Positions 38,735-52,677 are shown, counted from the whole stretch's first letter. The stretch is 63,629 nucleotides of DNA, filler included, from Octopus bimaculoides (GCF_001194135.2; 12 parts of 11 records of this genome joined end to end with filler, not necessarily neighbours in it), one strand, 5' to 3'. The notes: generated by a model not told the origin, from the sequence alone. Program-made: numbers and translations.

Positions 38735-40680
38735 TTGTATAAAGAAAATGTACACCATTCCCAGTAAAAAGTGGTAGTAGCTAGCCATTATAACTAGACC
38801 AGTATCTAGTCAACAGGAGAAGGTCAGAAGGTCGAGAATATGTGCAGACTGTGTTGATAGTCGTACTGATATAGTAATTATACTGTGATACTGCATGGAC
38901 GTTATAACAATCCAACCTTTTGAGGATAATAACACAACCTGAGGATAACACAACTTTGGAATATAACAATATCTGTCAGAGCAACAACCGTTGTCAAAGA
39001 CAGATACAACAGTGGCAAAAGACCATCAGTGGTGATGAGGAAAAACAAATTTACGAGATGTGAAAAAGAAAAAACATTTACACAGAGAGTTTAAACTAAT
39101 TCACGTGGAAAATTAAATACCTCAACAAAAAAGAAACAAAAATCTTGTTCTGCAAACTTACGAAAATGCTAAAATATGAAAGACTTGTTAGCAGGAACAG
39201 TTGCAAACACAGCAGCAACAACAACTCAAGGAACAACAAGAGCAACAACAAGGATTGCAGCAGCAAATGGTTATCAACTTAATGTAGTTGATAACCAATC
39301 TGGAGAATACATTTTCACCTGACCATGTAGCAAATTCCATAGGTGAGTTCAAATATGACCCCAAAGAAGGGCTTCCAGGTTTACTTTGGCAGATTTCGAC
39401 AAATTTTGGAAAAAGAATGTCAGAATTGGACAGATGAAATGTAAACGTGTCTAATGGTGAGAAAACTAGCAACAGCAGAGCATGTGAAGTATAGTAACTT
39501 CATATAGCCAAAAAAAGCATCTGACATAAATTTCACCGACACAGTTGACATTTTGTGCAAAATGTTTAGTGAAAAGAGGTCACTGTTTTATACTAGATGG
39601 AAATGTTTAAACATAGAAAGGAGCGTAGATGAAAACTTCACTACTAACACAGGCAGAGTCAACAAAGAATGTGAGAGATTTAGGCTAGATATGCTTATGC
39701 CAGATTCTTTCAAGTGTTTGATTTTTGTACAAGGATTGACAGATAGAAGGGAGGCAGAAATCCGAATGGATATTCCATGAAAACTAGAAATGAACTAGGA
39801 TTTGACATTGCAGAAACTATCAGAAGAGTGTGACAAGATATTAAATTTAAGGCATGACATGGAAGAAATTCAACAGAAAGAGTACTGCCACAAAAGACTA
39901 GTACAAACAAGTGTTGCAGGAAAAACAGAAAAAGTATCGGGATGTAGACCCATGTATGGCATGTGGTAGAATGCACCTGAAAAACGATTGTCCGTATAAA
40001 AAAGCAGAGTGTTTTCACTGTGGATTTACTAGACATATAAAATCACACTGCAAAACTAGAATGATAGGAAAATGGAACAAACAAGAAAAAGTAAATAGTT
40101 TGTCAGCAGGAAAAGTTGTGACTACAACAAACAGAAAATTCATGAATGTGAGAATTGAAAACACTAGTGCCAGAATGCAATTAGACATGGGAGGTGATAT
40201 CACAATCATGAATAAGAAAACATGGGAACAAATGAGTAAACCAAAATTATGTAGTTCAAACAAAATAGCATGCAGTGTTACGGGAAGAAAATTATATTTC
40301 ACAGGTGAACTCATTCGTAATATAATGTTCAAAGGTTGAATCAAAAAGTGAATGTTTATGTGTTGAAAAAATCCATGAATTTATTTGGCACTGAATGTTA
40401 GGAGAAATTTAATTTATAGGACACACCCTTAAGTGTTTTGTGCAATAGCGTAAACAGAGCAGTCAAACAATCGAACAAGGTCGATGATCTGAAACAAAAA
40501 AAAATGTGATGTGGAACATTGTATGTGAACAACCAGTAACTTTGGAAGAAATATAAGGAAATGCAAGAAATGACAAATTTATTAATGAGACAAAAAAAAA
40601 CTGTGGTCGACAAAAGGAAATAAAGAAAGGTCTGATGCAAAGAACCACCAAGATGTGAACATGTACTCTATGTGTGATGG
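38735..40680 (+). mobile_element. Ty3/Gypsy (K02A2.6/Mag-like) remnant: putative LTR, PBS, gag, protease
   Basis: CCATCA-G-TGGTGATGAGG (PBS-like, 39030-39040); SLFYTRWKCLNI..ENFTT..GRVNKECERF..FKCLIFVQGL; zinc knuckles CMACGRMHLKNDC and CFHCGFTRHIKSHC; protease QLDMGGDITI. The LTR start is tentative. Confidence 0.82.
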
Positions 40681-40969
40681 TACACATAGACAGCAATCTT
40701 AGTGGCACACCTCAGATTTCTGTTTAAAAACACTCAGTCTCAGAGGCGTCCAAAGAAGGAAGAGGTGAGGTTGATCCATCATAGGATGTCATCGTTGGCA
40801 TGTCCATTCTGTGATATGACACTGTCTAGGTAGTTAAAAGAGTCAACATTTGACAGAGGTGTGTCGTTTATAGATAGTTGTGTTGCTGGATGCTTTTGAT
40901 TAAAAAACGTTTGCATGCTCTTGTTTTTTTTTTTATATGTTGATATCAAGACCTAGATGAGCATAGGTC

Positions 40970-41410
40970 TCAGTCATGGCACTTAAGGATCACTGGAGTG
41001 AGGCTGTCTTGTGAGCAGTGGCAGTGGCATCATCTGCATATCAGAGCTCAAAAGTCTGTGATGTCGATGTCAGAGTTTTCACTTTGAGCTGGTGGGTGTT
41101 GAAAATGCTACCATCAAAGCAGTAACCAATGATTATGTCATCATCAGGACCTACTTGAACCCGGGAAATGAAAGTTACAGCTACTAAGTAGATGTTGAAT
41201 AAAACAGGAGTGAGAACACAGCCCTGTTTGACTCCCAATTTAACACTGAATTGTTCTGAAGATACTCCACCAAGAGAGACTCTGGCTAGCATTCCATCGT
41301 AGAATTGGCAGATGATAGTTAAAGCAGTTGGAGGACAGCCATAATTTTGTAAGAAGTTTCCATAAAATTTCATGATTAATGGTGTCAAAAGCCTTCATCA
41401 ACTGATGAAA
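40970..41410 (-). mobile_element. RTE (BovB-like) RT fragment
   Basis: YGCPP..IICQFYDGM...GVKQGCVLTPVLFNIY...EL*YADDA. Confidence 0.88.
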
Positions 41411-42869
41411 GCTTTGTACTTATTCTATCAGTCTCTTTTGCTAAACCACTAAGTTAGATAGATAGATGATACATATGTATATAATACATACATACATACA
41501 TACATACAAACAAACAAACAAACCGTTGCTGTTACCCATAAGCAATTATGATCTGGTAGCATGTACCACACTTTCACTAATTAGGTGCCTATGCAGTCGC
41601 AAGCTGATATTGAAACCCTCTCCGCCTCCCACTCTTGACCCAGTGTAACATTGAGGATGTGACCATTGGAGGGAAAGAGGATTGTACCAGCACTCAGTTG
41701 GCATTCATTTTCAGCTAAGTAGACTGATGCAATGTGAAATGAAATGCTTTACTGACTGGGTCTTCAATGACACATATGCTTCCCAGTCCAGAAATGAAAC
41801 TCACTACCTTCTGATCATAAGCTGAACCACCTAATCACTATGCCACTTGTCTTCGTATATGTATGTTTGTGTTGTATAGTATATGTGTGTGTAGTCACAC
41901 ATGCACATGTACATATGTGCATATGTGCTTCTTTGTCACTGTGCTTACATATACCAGTGTAAATAGAAACAAGTTGGATTTTGTATGCCAAAAGGTAGAA
42001 TTTTGCCATTAAATAAACAAGAGATTCATAAAATATGTACAAGACAGCAATACATACTAACTGATATGATTGAATTAAACCTTTGAAGATGGTACCCCAG
42101 CCTGGTTGCAATTCACTGACAGGAACAGGTGGAAGACTAAAAGAACAACATCTAAAACTGGTATTCAAAAAAATAAAAGCTGGTAAAAAAATTAAAAAAA
42201 TCTACAATTTCAGTTCATGTTTAATAGATTTGTTATATTGTGCAAAGAAACAGTAACATGTATCAACATATAACAAAACAAGAACAAGCATGGACGCAGG
42301 AAAAGAATTCCATGTTTCATAAATATCACCAATATAAAAATGCTAATATGACAATGCTTGAACAAGGTCTAAAACAGATGTGTATATTCTTTTACTACAA
42401 TAACAAGACAAAAGAAGAAAAAAATCGCCAAATGTTCATCCAGAAACAGCTTGGTACAGTTACAGCAGAAAAACTAAGGAAACATTAAGAAAGAAAAAAT
42501 AAAGTCTTGACATCACTACTGACCACTGTTTCTTTCTTTTCTTTCTTTCTTCTCCATGCACATATTTACATTGCCTCATTTAACACATGCTCACACATAC
42601 AATCGCACATTTTTCAGTGTTCAGCTTCATTAGAGCAATGATAGGTTTGAATAGCGATCAACTCATAAGATATCATGTGAGAAGCCTCGGAGCATTTCTC
42701 TTTCTCTCTATAACAAACATTCAACTCATTTCATCATAACCTATTTGATATTGTTCTCTTTTAAAGACCATACATCCCAATAAATTCATTGAAGCTTTGT
42801 AATGAATACCGTCTTCAGCTTAGTGAACTATTGTCTGAAGGAATTCATCCACTATAATATTCTGAATCA

Positions 42870-42915
<46 letters not shown>

Positions 42916-42925
42916 NNNNNNNNNN

Positions 42926-42968
<43 letters not shown>

Positions 42969-43414
42969 TACACAACATATATACACATATGTACAAATAC
43001 ATATATACATGTACACACACATATACATATGTATATGTGTGTGTATGTAGGATTATATATATGGTAAAATAGACGGGAAGAGCATATTGAATTTAATGTG
43101 GGGAGTGCACACCAAGTTCATTGCACTCTTTTTGTCAGTTTTACTAAATAGTACTAGTCCTGCCAATACAGATCAACATCAGTCTCTTTGGAGTCTGTTT
43201 GATCATGTATATGTGTGTGTGTGTGTGTGTGTGCTTAATGTTTTTATTTGCTGAGAGCTTTTCTAAACTGTGATATTCTTTCTTAGAAAAATATATAGTG
43301 TTAAAAACAGAAAAATATCAGCAGCAGGTGAAGGTTACCCTGCATTTTTGGTTGAATTACTGAATCTTTGATACTACTACTACTACTACTAATAATAATA
43401 ATAATAATAATAAT

Positions 43415-43620
43415 GGCTTCAAATGTTGGCCCAAAGCCAGCAATTTGGGGGAAGTGAGTAGTTGATTACATCAACCCCAGTGCATAACTGGTACTTATTT
43501 AATTGACCCCAAAAGGATGAAAGGTAAAGTGAACCTCGGCAGAATTTGAACTCAGAACGTAACGGCAGACAAAATACTGCTAAGCATCCCAGCATGCTAA
43601 TACTTCTGCCAGCTTGCTGC
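43415..43620 (-). mobile_element. SINE family B copy
   Basis: GACCCCAAAAGGATGAAAGG...AATTTGAACTCAGAACG...TTCTGCCAGC with TAA tail. Confidence 0.85.
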
Positions 43621-43625
43621 CTTTT

Positions 43626-43660
<35 letters not shown>

Positions 43661-43954
43661 TATGCAGGGCAGGGAATCGTCAATTAGTAATAAAATTAAT
43701 AATTATCAATTTTGCCGGGTAGCTCAGTATGAAAAAACCTTTTCGGTAAAAAACATTTATAATCATAAATATATAGGGATTGACAGTAACCTGCTTCTCC
43801 AACATACTGAGTATGTTGGAGTAATAATTTGTAGTTTTGAAATCAGTAGTTCTTNNNNNNNNNNNNNNNNNNNNNNNNNNNNNNNNNNNNNNNNNNNNTT
43901 AATTAATTAANNNNNNNNNNNNNNNNNNNNNNNNNNNNNNNNNNNNNNNNNNNN

Positions 43955-44285
43955 GAGCAAATCGACCCCAGGACTTATTCTTTGTAAGCCTAGTACTTAT
44001 TCTATCGGTCTTTTTTGCCGAACCGCTAACTGACGGGGACGTAAACACACCAGCATCGGTTGTCAAGCGATGTTGGGGGTACAAACACAGACACACAAAC
44101 ATGCACATATATATATATATATACATATATACGACGGGCTTCTTTCAGTTTCCGTCTACCAAATCCACTCACAAGGCTTTGGTCGGCCCGAAGCTATAGT
44201 AGAAGACACTTGCCCAAGGTGCCACGCAGTGGGACTGAACCCGAGACCATGTGGTTGGTAAGCAAGCTACTTACCACACAGCTAC
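43955..44285 (-). mobile_element. SINE family C copy
   Basis: Close reverse complement of 19695-20020. Confidence 0.9.
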
Positions 44286-44799
44286 TCAAATACATGCGTG
44301 TTTTTATGTGTGTTTATATATATGTGTATATACATGTGTGTGTATATATATGTGTGTGTGTACGTACATATATATATATACATATATGCATATGTGTATA
44401 CATATACGTATATGCATATGTATGTATGTATTATATATGTATATATGTATGTATCTATCTATATGAGCGCACGTATGTACTCATGCATAAAAATGTCTGA
44501 GTGGTTTAAGAAGGTCTCATCGCAACCACGAGTTTCCTGGTCTGATCCTGCCATTTGTGTTTTATTTTTTTACTCTACACGTATCAGTTTTTATTATCGC
44601 GTTTTATGTAAAGTACAAAAACAAAGCATCAAACATGATTACAAATAAATAAAATAAAACTGAAAGCAAAGACAGCATTTTATTTTTTAAATTATGTACA
44701 AGTAACGAAGCTAGTCATGTTACACTCATGCAAGGAGGTGAAATTCAGATCTCACGTTAAATCAATGTTTTGTGCAAACTGTACAAAAATGTATTACAT

Positions 44800-45400
44800 T
44801 ATGGTCACTGCTTACGAAATTGAAGATAAATGCAGCCCCAGACATTACAACTACATCAGGTCCTAGAAACTTGAAAAAGAGGGCACTTGTTCTGTTGTTA
44901 GATTTTCATCAGCGACGGATCTTGGTAAACTCATCAATAAATCTCTCTGCATCTTCGTGATCAGTAGACGTTTTATCAGCACAAATCTTTAAATATTTAA
45001 TGCCATGTTTTTTCTTCAATTTTTACTGAATATTTACGGCTACCCTAAAAATTCAATTCGTCGTGATAGAATTTCGGGTGTTTCGTTATCAGTATTCCGT
45101 TAAGCGGCTTGCATTCACTCCGATGCTGACGAATCCATTCCATCAGTACACAGTGGAGATCACTTTTCATTGTACATAATATTTTTCTATTCTTCATTAA
45201 ATTTTGCTTGTCACTTTCAGCATAGAACTTGAACGGTTTGTTCTTGTGTTTCTTCAGTTTGTTCTTGTGTTTCTTCAGTTTGTCCTTGTTTTTCTTCGTT
45301 CCAACACCAGACTCTTTAGTCAGACACTTCAATCTTACACCTCTATCGAGTTTTTCCAACTTAACTTTTCATGTTATAGATAAATATAAATGTTATCTCT
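44800..45400 (-). pseudogene. pogo/Tigger (Jerky/CENP-B-like) transposase N-terminal remnant
   Basis: EKLDRGVRLKCLTKESGVG (HTH_psq-like); DLHCVLMEWIRQHRSECKPLNG..ITKHPK.YHDEL (CENP-B HTH); KHGIKYLKICADKTS.DHEDAERFIDEF. Confidence 0.8.
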
Positions 45401-46139
45401 ATTTCTCTTCACTTAAAATCATTATATTGACATGGAATAAGCTCAAAGATGTCTTCAAAAGAGTTTATAATCTCTGTATTTTTCAACTTAATCTGTGATG
45501 TCAAAATCATAGAAGATTTCTTCCAATGCAAAACAAAGAAAATCAAACGCATGACACCCGTCGAGCTCATTTCCAGAAAATCGTTTCCCCAAATGCTTAC
45601 GCAGCAAGGAACTACATGTTAACAGAACTTTCTCCCGCTCTTTCTTTTCTGTGCTGAATGCAATGAACTGCTTTGCTAGGATATTATTTCTTATCTTGCA
45701 ATTTTCTTGTGTGTATACCATGAATAGGTTTAAACTGCTTTTTCTGGTAGTATTTTCATAGTTCAGATGACTCACTGAAAAATACCATTTAATGCGAAAA
45801 TTACAGTTCGAAATCATCGAAAAGATTTATATCGCAGCATTTAGTGATTGGACCATTATTTTCATTTTCTTCAGTTTAAAGCTAATTCAGGTGTGATTCC
45901 TTATTTTACACTAATGCTACGAGATTTAGATGTACCGCATTAAGAACATGGGAGGATAAAGTCAAACCTTACCTATATCTTCAAATTTCTTATTTCAAAC
46001 CGATGATTTACAGAAAACGGTAGAGACTCTTTGAGTAAAGTTGTTACTTCTTTTACTATTGGAAGAGTATCCCAAGCATTGGTTATTGTTAAATCTTCAC
46101 TGAAGTACAGCAGGTAGAGTTTTCCGCTTCCAAACAGAC

Positions 46140-46330
46140 AATATTCCCATAATGCACATACAATACCCATGCTGATACCAACATCATGGACACTGATCTA
46201 AAAAAGAAATCCGCAAGATCCTGACATCAGCAGTAAACTCCCAAAGAAACAGTGATATTGGCAAACTTTATCTCAGAAGAGAAAAGAAGAGGCTTATAAT
46301 TAGTGCAAACAGCCTTTGTGTACTGTATGA
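46140..46330 (+). mobile_element. Probable R4/NeSL-type RT-thumb fragment
   Basis: EIRKILTSAVNSQRNSDIGKLYLRREKKRLII resembles the family motif (K.RK.LT...H..SD..RLY..R..GGRGL). Confidence 0.5.
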
Positions 46331-47728
46331 CATCGTTCAAACAGCTTCTGCAAAACAAAGGACGAGAAGATAAATACGTCAACCAAGTACTCAAAAATGA
46401 AGTGAACATTACCTACGAGTCAGTAGTGAACTCCTCAAGTAATACTCACTTCTTGATGGCCTCTCATGTGAACCCACAAAAGCAGGGATGACATATCTCA
46501 GCAAAGACTTAAAAGGGAAACATTCTACACACCATAAAAAAAAATTATGCATAGATATATTTCCCGTAAATTAGAAAATATCGACATGAGGTGTATTCTC
46601 GCTGAGACTCATGACTGTTACGTTACGTCAGATCTCGAGGATTACGCTTTTGCATCCCAAGAAGAGGTGAGAGCTACGAAATATCTAATAAACAGACGGC
46701 TCAGCGAAAATATAGCTGCAAGTATCAATTATGTCCTTTTTCTGCGAATTACCTAGCACATGTAGTCAGTAGATGCCCAGAAGTGTCATTAAGTTACTAT
46801 TTTCCATGGCGACACATTGTTGCTAAACACAACGGCATCATCCGCAGAAAAGACTACCCTAGGATAAATGTAAACACCTTTGCTTTTGAATACATATACA
46901 TACATACGCGCGCGCGCGCACTCACACACATACACACACATATATACCTACATACATGCAAGGTGAGCGCGCACGCACACATACACACACACATATTACT
47001 AGCTTAAAAGCTGCCCTATCGGGTGACTTTAATGCTGGTTCCTATGGAGGGCTCTTCATTGGGCCTTGGGCCCAACAATGACACTTCATGATTTTAGTAC
47101 ATGTTAAATTTTATTAAACTTGAACAATATTTTTCAAGCAATGAACAATTTTCATCAAAACAATGATATAATTTGTCGACTTGAAACTTATTGCAAAGCT
47201 GCATGATAAACAACATTTTTGTCTTCCCATTCGGGAGTCAGTACAATTTTTTTCTATCTAACCTCTTTCTTTCTTTCTCTCTCTCTCTCGCTCTCTCGCT
47301 CTCTCTTTCTGTTGATTGCTTTCAACCATCACCAGTACCACCACCATCGCCATTACAACTCCTATACACACAGCGTTCAAACTTCTGACGCCACCACCCT
47401 CAATACCTTTGACTTCGCCGCCTTCCCCTCCACCACTATCACTACTGTCTTTCACATCGCTTACTATCACCGTCATCCCTGACTACCACCACCACCACAA
47501 CCATCATCACCGGCTACCACCACCATCATCACCGTCGCCTCCTCCTCTATCACAACTATAGCTCATACTATTACTATCACCCCATAATGAGGAATAGTAG
47601 AAGTGTCATTAAATAGTGAGAGAGGTGGTCAAAGTGTGACACACTGACACAGAAACTCGTTTTGGCATTTATTATTATATGTGTGTTTGTGTGTGTGTGT
47701 GTGTGTTTGTGTGTGCGTGTGTGCGCGC

Positions 47729-47771
<43 letters not shown>

Positions 47772-47773
<2 letters not shown>

Positions 47774-47910
47774 AACACAAGGAATATTGGTGGAACATTC
47801 CTATCAAAACTTCTACCAGGTGCAAACTTAACACGCCTGGTATATTTAACTGGGACAGAAAAGAAAAATCATGTATAACCATAGAGGTTACTTGCTCGGC
47901 AAGTAACCTC
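47772..47910 (+). mobile_element. R4/NeSL-type RLE endonuclease fragment
   Basis: EYWWNIPIKT..CKLNTPGIFNWDRKEKSCITIEVTC, a degenerate N(R)PD...WD...IIE.SCP motif. Confidence 0.6.
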
Positions 47911-47994
47911 TATGGTTATACATATTTATTCCATTATTTGTTTACAGTTTATCAGTTCCAGCGTACTCCATATCCAGTTATGTCTCTCTCATAA

Positions 47995-48100
47995 CCAGAT
48001 ATCCCTGAGCAGTTGCTGACCCTCTACATAGCTCGGTTAAGAAACACATTGGATTAGTGTTCACATATCTGGTCTCCGCTACTCTCAAGTAGCAAATTTT
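47995..48100 (+). mobile_element. CR1/Jockey-type LINE C-terminal fragment
   Basis: PEQLLTLYIARLRNTLD*CSHIWSP (LY...RP.LEY...W motif). Confidence 0.5.
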
Positions 48101-48441
48101 AATAGGGCTCTTCTAGACTCATTATCCCTACAATGTTCTTATCACTGTCTCTCCAATCCTTCCTGCTTAGAATTTCAGCCTAACTCACACTCAATCCTCC
48201 TTCAGACGCCGACTCACAGAAGTTGAAACTGAGTATCAGTGGCATCAACCTCGAGGACTTAAAAAGATCAGAAACATATCTGAGATCTGTTGATTATATA
48301 AATAATATATTAGCATGTAAACTAAGCTGGTAGAGAGAACGTAAGAAGTGATTAATGACATTGAGTAGCGACAGATATTTTGTAAGGAGGTTGTAGTAAA
48401 TAGTAAATGCAGGAAGACTTGGCAGATACAGTGTTATATAA

Positions 48442-48472
<31 letters not shown>

Positions 48473-50619
48473 NNNNNNNNNNNNNNNNNNNNNNNNNNNN
48501 NNNNNNNNNNNNNNNNNNNNNNNNNNNNNNNNNNNNNNNNNNNNNNNNNNNNNNNNNNNNNNNNNNNNNNNNNNNNNNNNNNNNNNNNNNNNNNNNNNNN
48601 NNNNNNNNNNNNNNNNNNNNNNNNNNNNNNNNNNNNNNNNNNNNNNNNNNNNNNNNNNNNNNNNNNNNNNNNNNNNNNNNNNNNNNNNNNNNNNNNNNNN
48701 NNNNNNNNNNNNNNNNNNNNNNNNNNNNNNNNNNNNNNNNNNNNNNNNNNNNNNNNNNNNNNNNNNNNNNNNNNNNNNNNNNNNNNNNNNNNNNNNNNNN
48801 NNNNNNNNNNNNNNNNNNNNNNNNNNNNNNNNNNNNNNNNNNNNNNNNNNNNNNNNNNNNNNNNNNNNNNNNNNNNNNNNNNNNNNNNNNNNNNNNNNNN
48901 NNNNNNNNNNNNNNNNNNNNNNNNNNNNNNNNNNNNNNNNNNNNNNNNNNNNNNNNNNNNNNNNNNNNNNNNNNNNNNNNNNNNNNNNNNNNNNNNNNNN
49001 NNNNNNNNNNNNNNNNNNNNNNNNNNNNNNNNNNNNNNNNNNNNNNNNNNNNNNNNNNNNNNNNNNNNNNNNNNNNNNNNNNNNNNNNNNNNNNNNNNNN
49101 NNNNNNNNNNNNNNNNNNNNNNNNNNNNNNNNNNNNNNNNNNNNNNNNNGGGCTGGCCAAAAGTCACCTAACAGTAAATTAAAACCATTTAATTCCAAGA
49201 TTTATTTATGCTTAACAACTGAATGAATTTAATAAAAGCATCTAAATATGAAACACATGAAAATTGTTCAAACTGAAGCCCTTCTTGAGCGACACCATTT
49301 TTCCAATTGAATAACTAAAATTGAATATTAAGTATTTATGGTATTTTGATTTACTGTCGGGTGACTTTTGGCCAACACTGTATAAACTGGGTTCTTTGAA
49401 TAATCTTATTTATTGACAAATTATTCAATCGAATCCTTATTTGAATAAATTTCATTTCTTTGTTATTTGTTTGTTTTGGAATGAACAATATTTGTTTATA
49501 TATTCTTATATGCGTCTATCTCTGTTCATTTGCATCTGTCCCTTTATCTAGCCATCTATACAACCATGTACCTACCTATCTATTATCTACCTGCATTTAC
49601 ATCTGTTTATCTTCCTGCCTATTTCCCTATGTGTATAACAGCCCATCTCTTTGTAAATGTATGAATATATATTTCTATTTACTAATCAACTTAACTATTT
49701 ATGTCTTAGAGAATATAAATTCTAACATGAATTTCCTCCCTACTTTCGTCATTCCCTATTCCATATCCCTTATCTAAATCGTCGGTAAGTTACTCAGTCA
49801 CTTTGCTGTATTCCAAGCGCTTATCCGTAATACCAATACTATATGTATCGCCTATTTTCCTAAAGAAAGTACTTTGTGTAAAATCAAAGTTCAGGTCAGG
49901 TGAGAGGGTTGAGCTAGAAGGATGTGTGAGAAAGAGAGAAACATTAATCTAAAGAACGTTAGGGCGTGGCACTTTCGACCTGGCTACGCTTGAACCACTG
50001 TCCTTGTAACTCCAACACTCTTCACCATAACTGCCATTGTCGTCAACTTCTGGAATATTCTTGCTTATTCAACAGGCGTGTGCACGCCGCATGCTGCTTG
50101 CTGCATACTACATGCTGCATGTCATATACTGCGAGCCAACCGTTACCATAACGATACCATGACGATGCCTTCGTCATCTCAACATGTTTTGTTAGTGCGA
50201 TGCAAGAATAGGGAAAGAGTGGAATAAATTGATTGATGCGTTGGGGAAGAATATCGGATGATATAATCGGCGAGGAATGGCGACGTTGTGAGAGGGAGGA
50301 GTAGTACCTTGCAATGTAGTGGTAGGTGGTAAGAAGAGAGTGAATGTGAGAAAACGAGGGATTAAAGGAAGAAGGAAGAGAAGGCTGGGAAAATGGGTGG
50401 AACATACAAGGAAAAAGAAAGGGTGTTGACAGCTGAATCTGTGAAGAAAGTACTGTTCACCGAGCGCCATTTTATAGCAGACGCCATATTGAAGTGTTTC
50501 AAAAAGGCGGCAAGTTGTCAGCCGTGAGCAATAGGCAGCAGCTTTGGGGTGGGGTGAGGGGAGATGGTGGTAGCACTGAACGACGACAACAACCAGAAGA
50601 GGAGAAAACAGAAGACAGT

Positions 50620-50787
50620 AAGAAAGAAGAAAAAAGACAATAGAAGAAGAAGAAGAAGAAGAAGAAGAAGAAGAAGAAGAAGAAGAAGAAGAAGAAGAAG
50701 AAGAAGAAGAAGAAGAAAAAGACAATAGAAGAAGAAGAAGAAGAAGAAAAAAAGACAATAGAAGAAGAAGAAGAAGAAGAAGAAGAG
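50620..50787. repeat. (GAA)n tract with a repeated AAAAGACAATA spacer
   Basis: Direct reading; three spacer copies. Confidence 0.93.
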
Positions 50788-51169
50788 ACTACATCGCCCA
50801 GAATATCCTTCTTTATTCCTTATATTAACAGTAGGGTGTGATTTGAGAGTAATTTGGTTGCTATTTCAAGCGATTCGAGCGAGTATACTGTGTATAAGTT
50901 CCCTCATTAGCTCCTGTAACAGATGTGCAGGTGGTAGTGCTGGTAGTGGCGCTGATGGTGGCTCTGGTGGTGGCGTTGGTGGTGGTACTGGTGTTAGTGA
51001 TGGTGTTGTTAGTGGTTTTAGTAATGATGATGGTTGTGGTAGTAGTGGTGGCAATGAAGGAAGAGGTAGTGGTTGTGTGATGGTGATGGTACTTAGAGGG
51101 GGATGCTGGTAGTGGTGGTGGTGGTGGTGGTGGTGGTGGTGCTGCTGCTGCTGCTGCTGTTCTCTGTTT

Positions 51170-51400
51170 AAGGTGCAATCGCATTGCCTTCTTCTGTTAA
51201 CATCATGGAGTGATCAGCAGATGGGTACAACTTATTTACACAGCTGTTAATCAGATCATCGATGAAGAATGAGAACAACAGAAGAACTGGTGTATTGATA
51301 GGTGAGTAACCAGATGATTGACTTGCAACTCCTTTGAAATTCACGGCTGTGACACATACATCTGACCTATGTCCAGGTAATTTGTTCCGAGTCAAACGAG
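51170..51400 (-). mobile_element. Degenerate LINE RT fragment (motifs 4-5)
   Basis: GVASQSSGYSP...LLFSFFIDDLI...LYPSADHS resembles GVPQGSVLSP.LF..FINDL...YADD. Confidence 0.5.
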
Positions 51401-51893
51401 ACAGAAGATAAACTGTCTTCTAAAAGAAGACGTTTTCTAAGCAATGCCTCCCCCCACTCCCGCAATCATTTATGGACTATTGATTCCATTACATTACTGA
51501 TGACGTTGATAAAGAATAAATCTTAGGATTTCGAGGGATTCAATCTGCACTTCGTCTTATGAATAGGAATTTCAGAAGTGATCTTTGACTAGTTTAGAAA
51601 TACACAACAAGCGAAGCAAACGGACTGTCTTGAAGCATACAGGACATATCTTGTTCTGTACAGCATTCCTTCTGGGCTTTAATTGGAATTTGATGAAACC
51701 TAATAGCTTTATTAGGTTTGAGTTCCGCACTATCTTAATTTCATTCTTTGCATTGAAAACAACTTATAGCCTTGTGTCAGAATAGAGCGAAATCAATTGG
51801 TTGCTGGTTGACATTTTCTTTTGATTCATTTCTGAAAAAAGCCAATCGGAAAACATTAGTTTTTGCCGCGGGATGCGATTATAGCCTATTGTT

Positions 51894-51958
<65 letters not shown>

Positions 51959-52329
51959 ATACGAAGCTCCCCTCCTTCTTGCTGCTGGGGTTGATGCTTA
52001 TCAGATCTTTCCTTAGTCTAACATTATAATTTATCATCTTTCTCTCTATCTCATAGTAGCTGTAACATGTTTTCGTAAACATCATTTGCTTTCGCGTGTA
52101 GTTTATTCTTAAATTGACACAAATAGGCGACTTCTTGAAACGAGGTTCTATCATCTGACATTTTATTGATAATTTTGTTAGTGATGGTCTTCATCAATTA
52201 ACATATAGTCACTATCGCCTGAATGCACATTTCTCTTTCTTTTAAAGACAACTGGCTGTCTCATATCCCAAAAGTTTAAAGTCTTCTAGCACCAAACCTC
52301 TTTCTTCCGGTCATTTCATTATGTTGGAT

Positions 52330-52594
52330 CGTTAATCCCTACACATTTTTCTCTCAATCCTTTCTGTCGACGAGCGTAGGCTCGAAACGTCAAAAACTTT
52401 TCCATTCTTCCCGACCATCAAACTAATACACCTACTTGCTGTTCCTTCACTGTCTTTGTCTCGTTTTCTATAAATTTGAGCTATATAATATATATCACTC
52501 TTTCCTTCCCTCTCTGAGCGTCTCATTAATACTTTGCATAAACTACGTCCTCACGTTGTTGTTTTTCCTTGTCTTGTTTCTGTTTTTTTAATTA

Positions 52595-52600
<6 letters not shown>
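52330..52600 (+). mobile_element. Short non-coding repeat with hammerhead-like motif (Penelope pLTR-like)
   Basis: TTT-CTGTCGA-C-GAGC(gtag)GCTC-GAAAC-GTC-AAA at 52361-52394. Confidence 0.5.

Positions 52601-52677
<77 letters not shown>

Noticed and set aside
50843-51184. Gly-rich and Pro/Thr-rich ORFs
   Set aside because: Products of a degenerate (GGT)n/(GCT)n tract.
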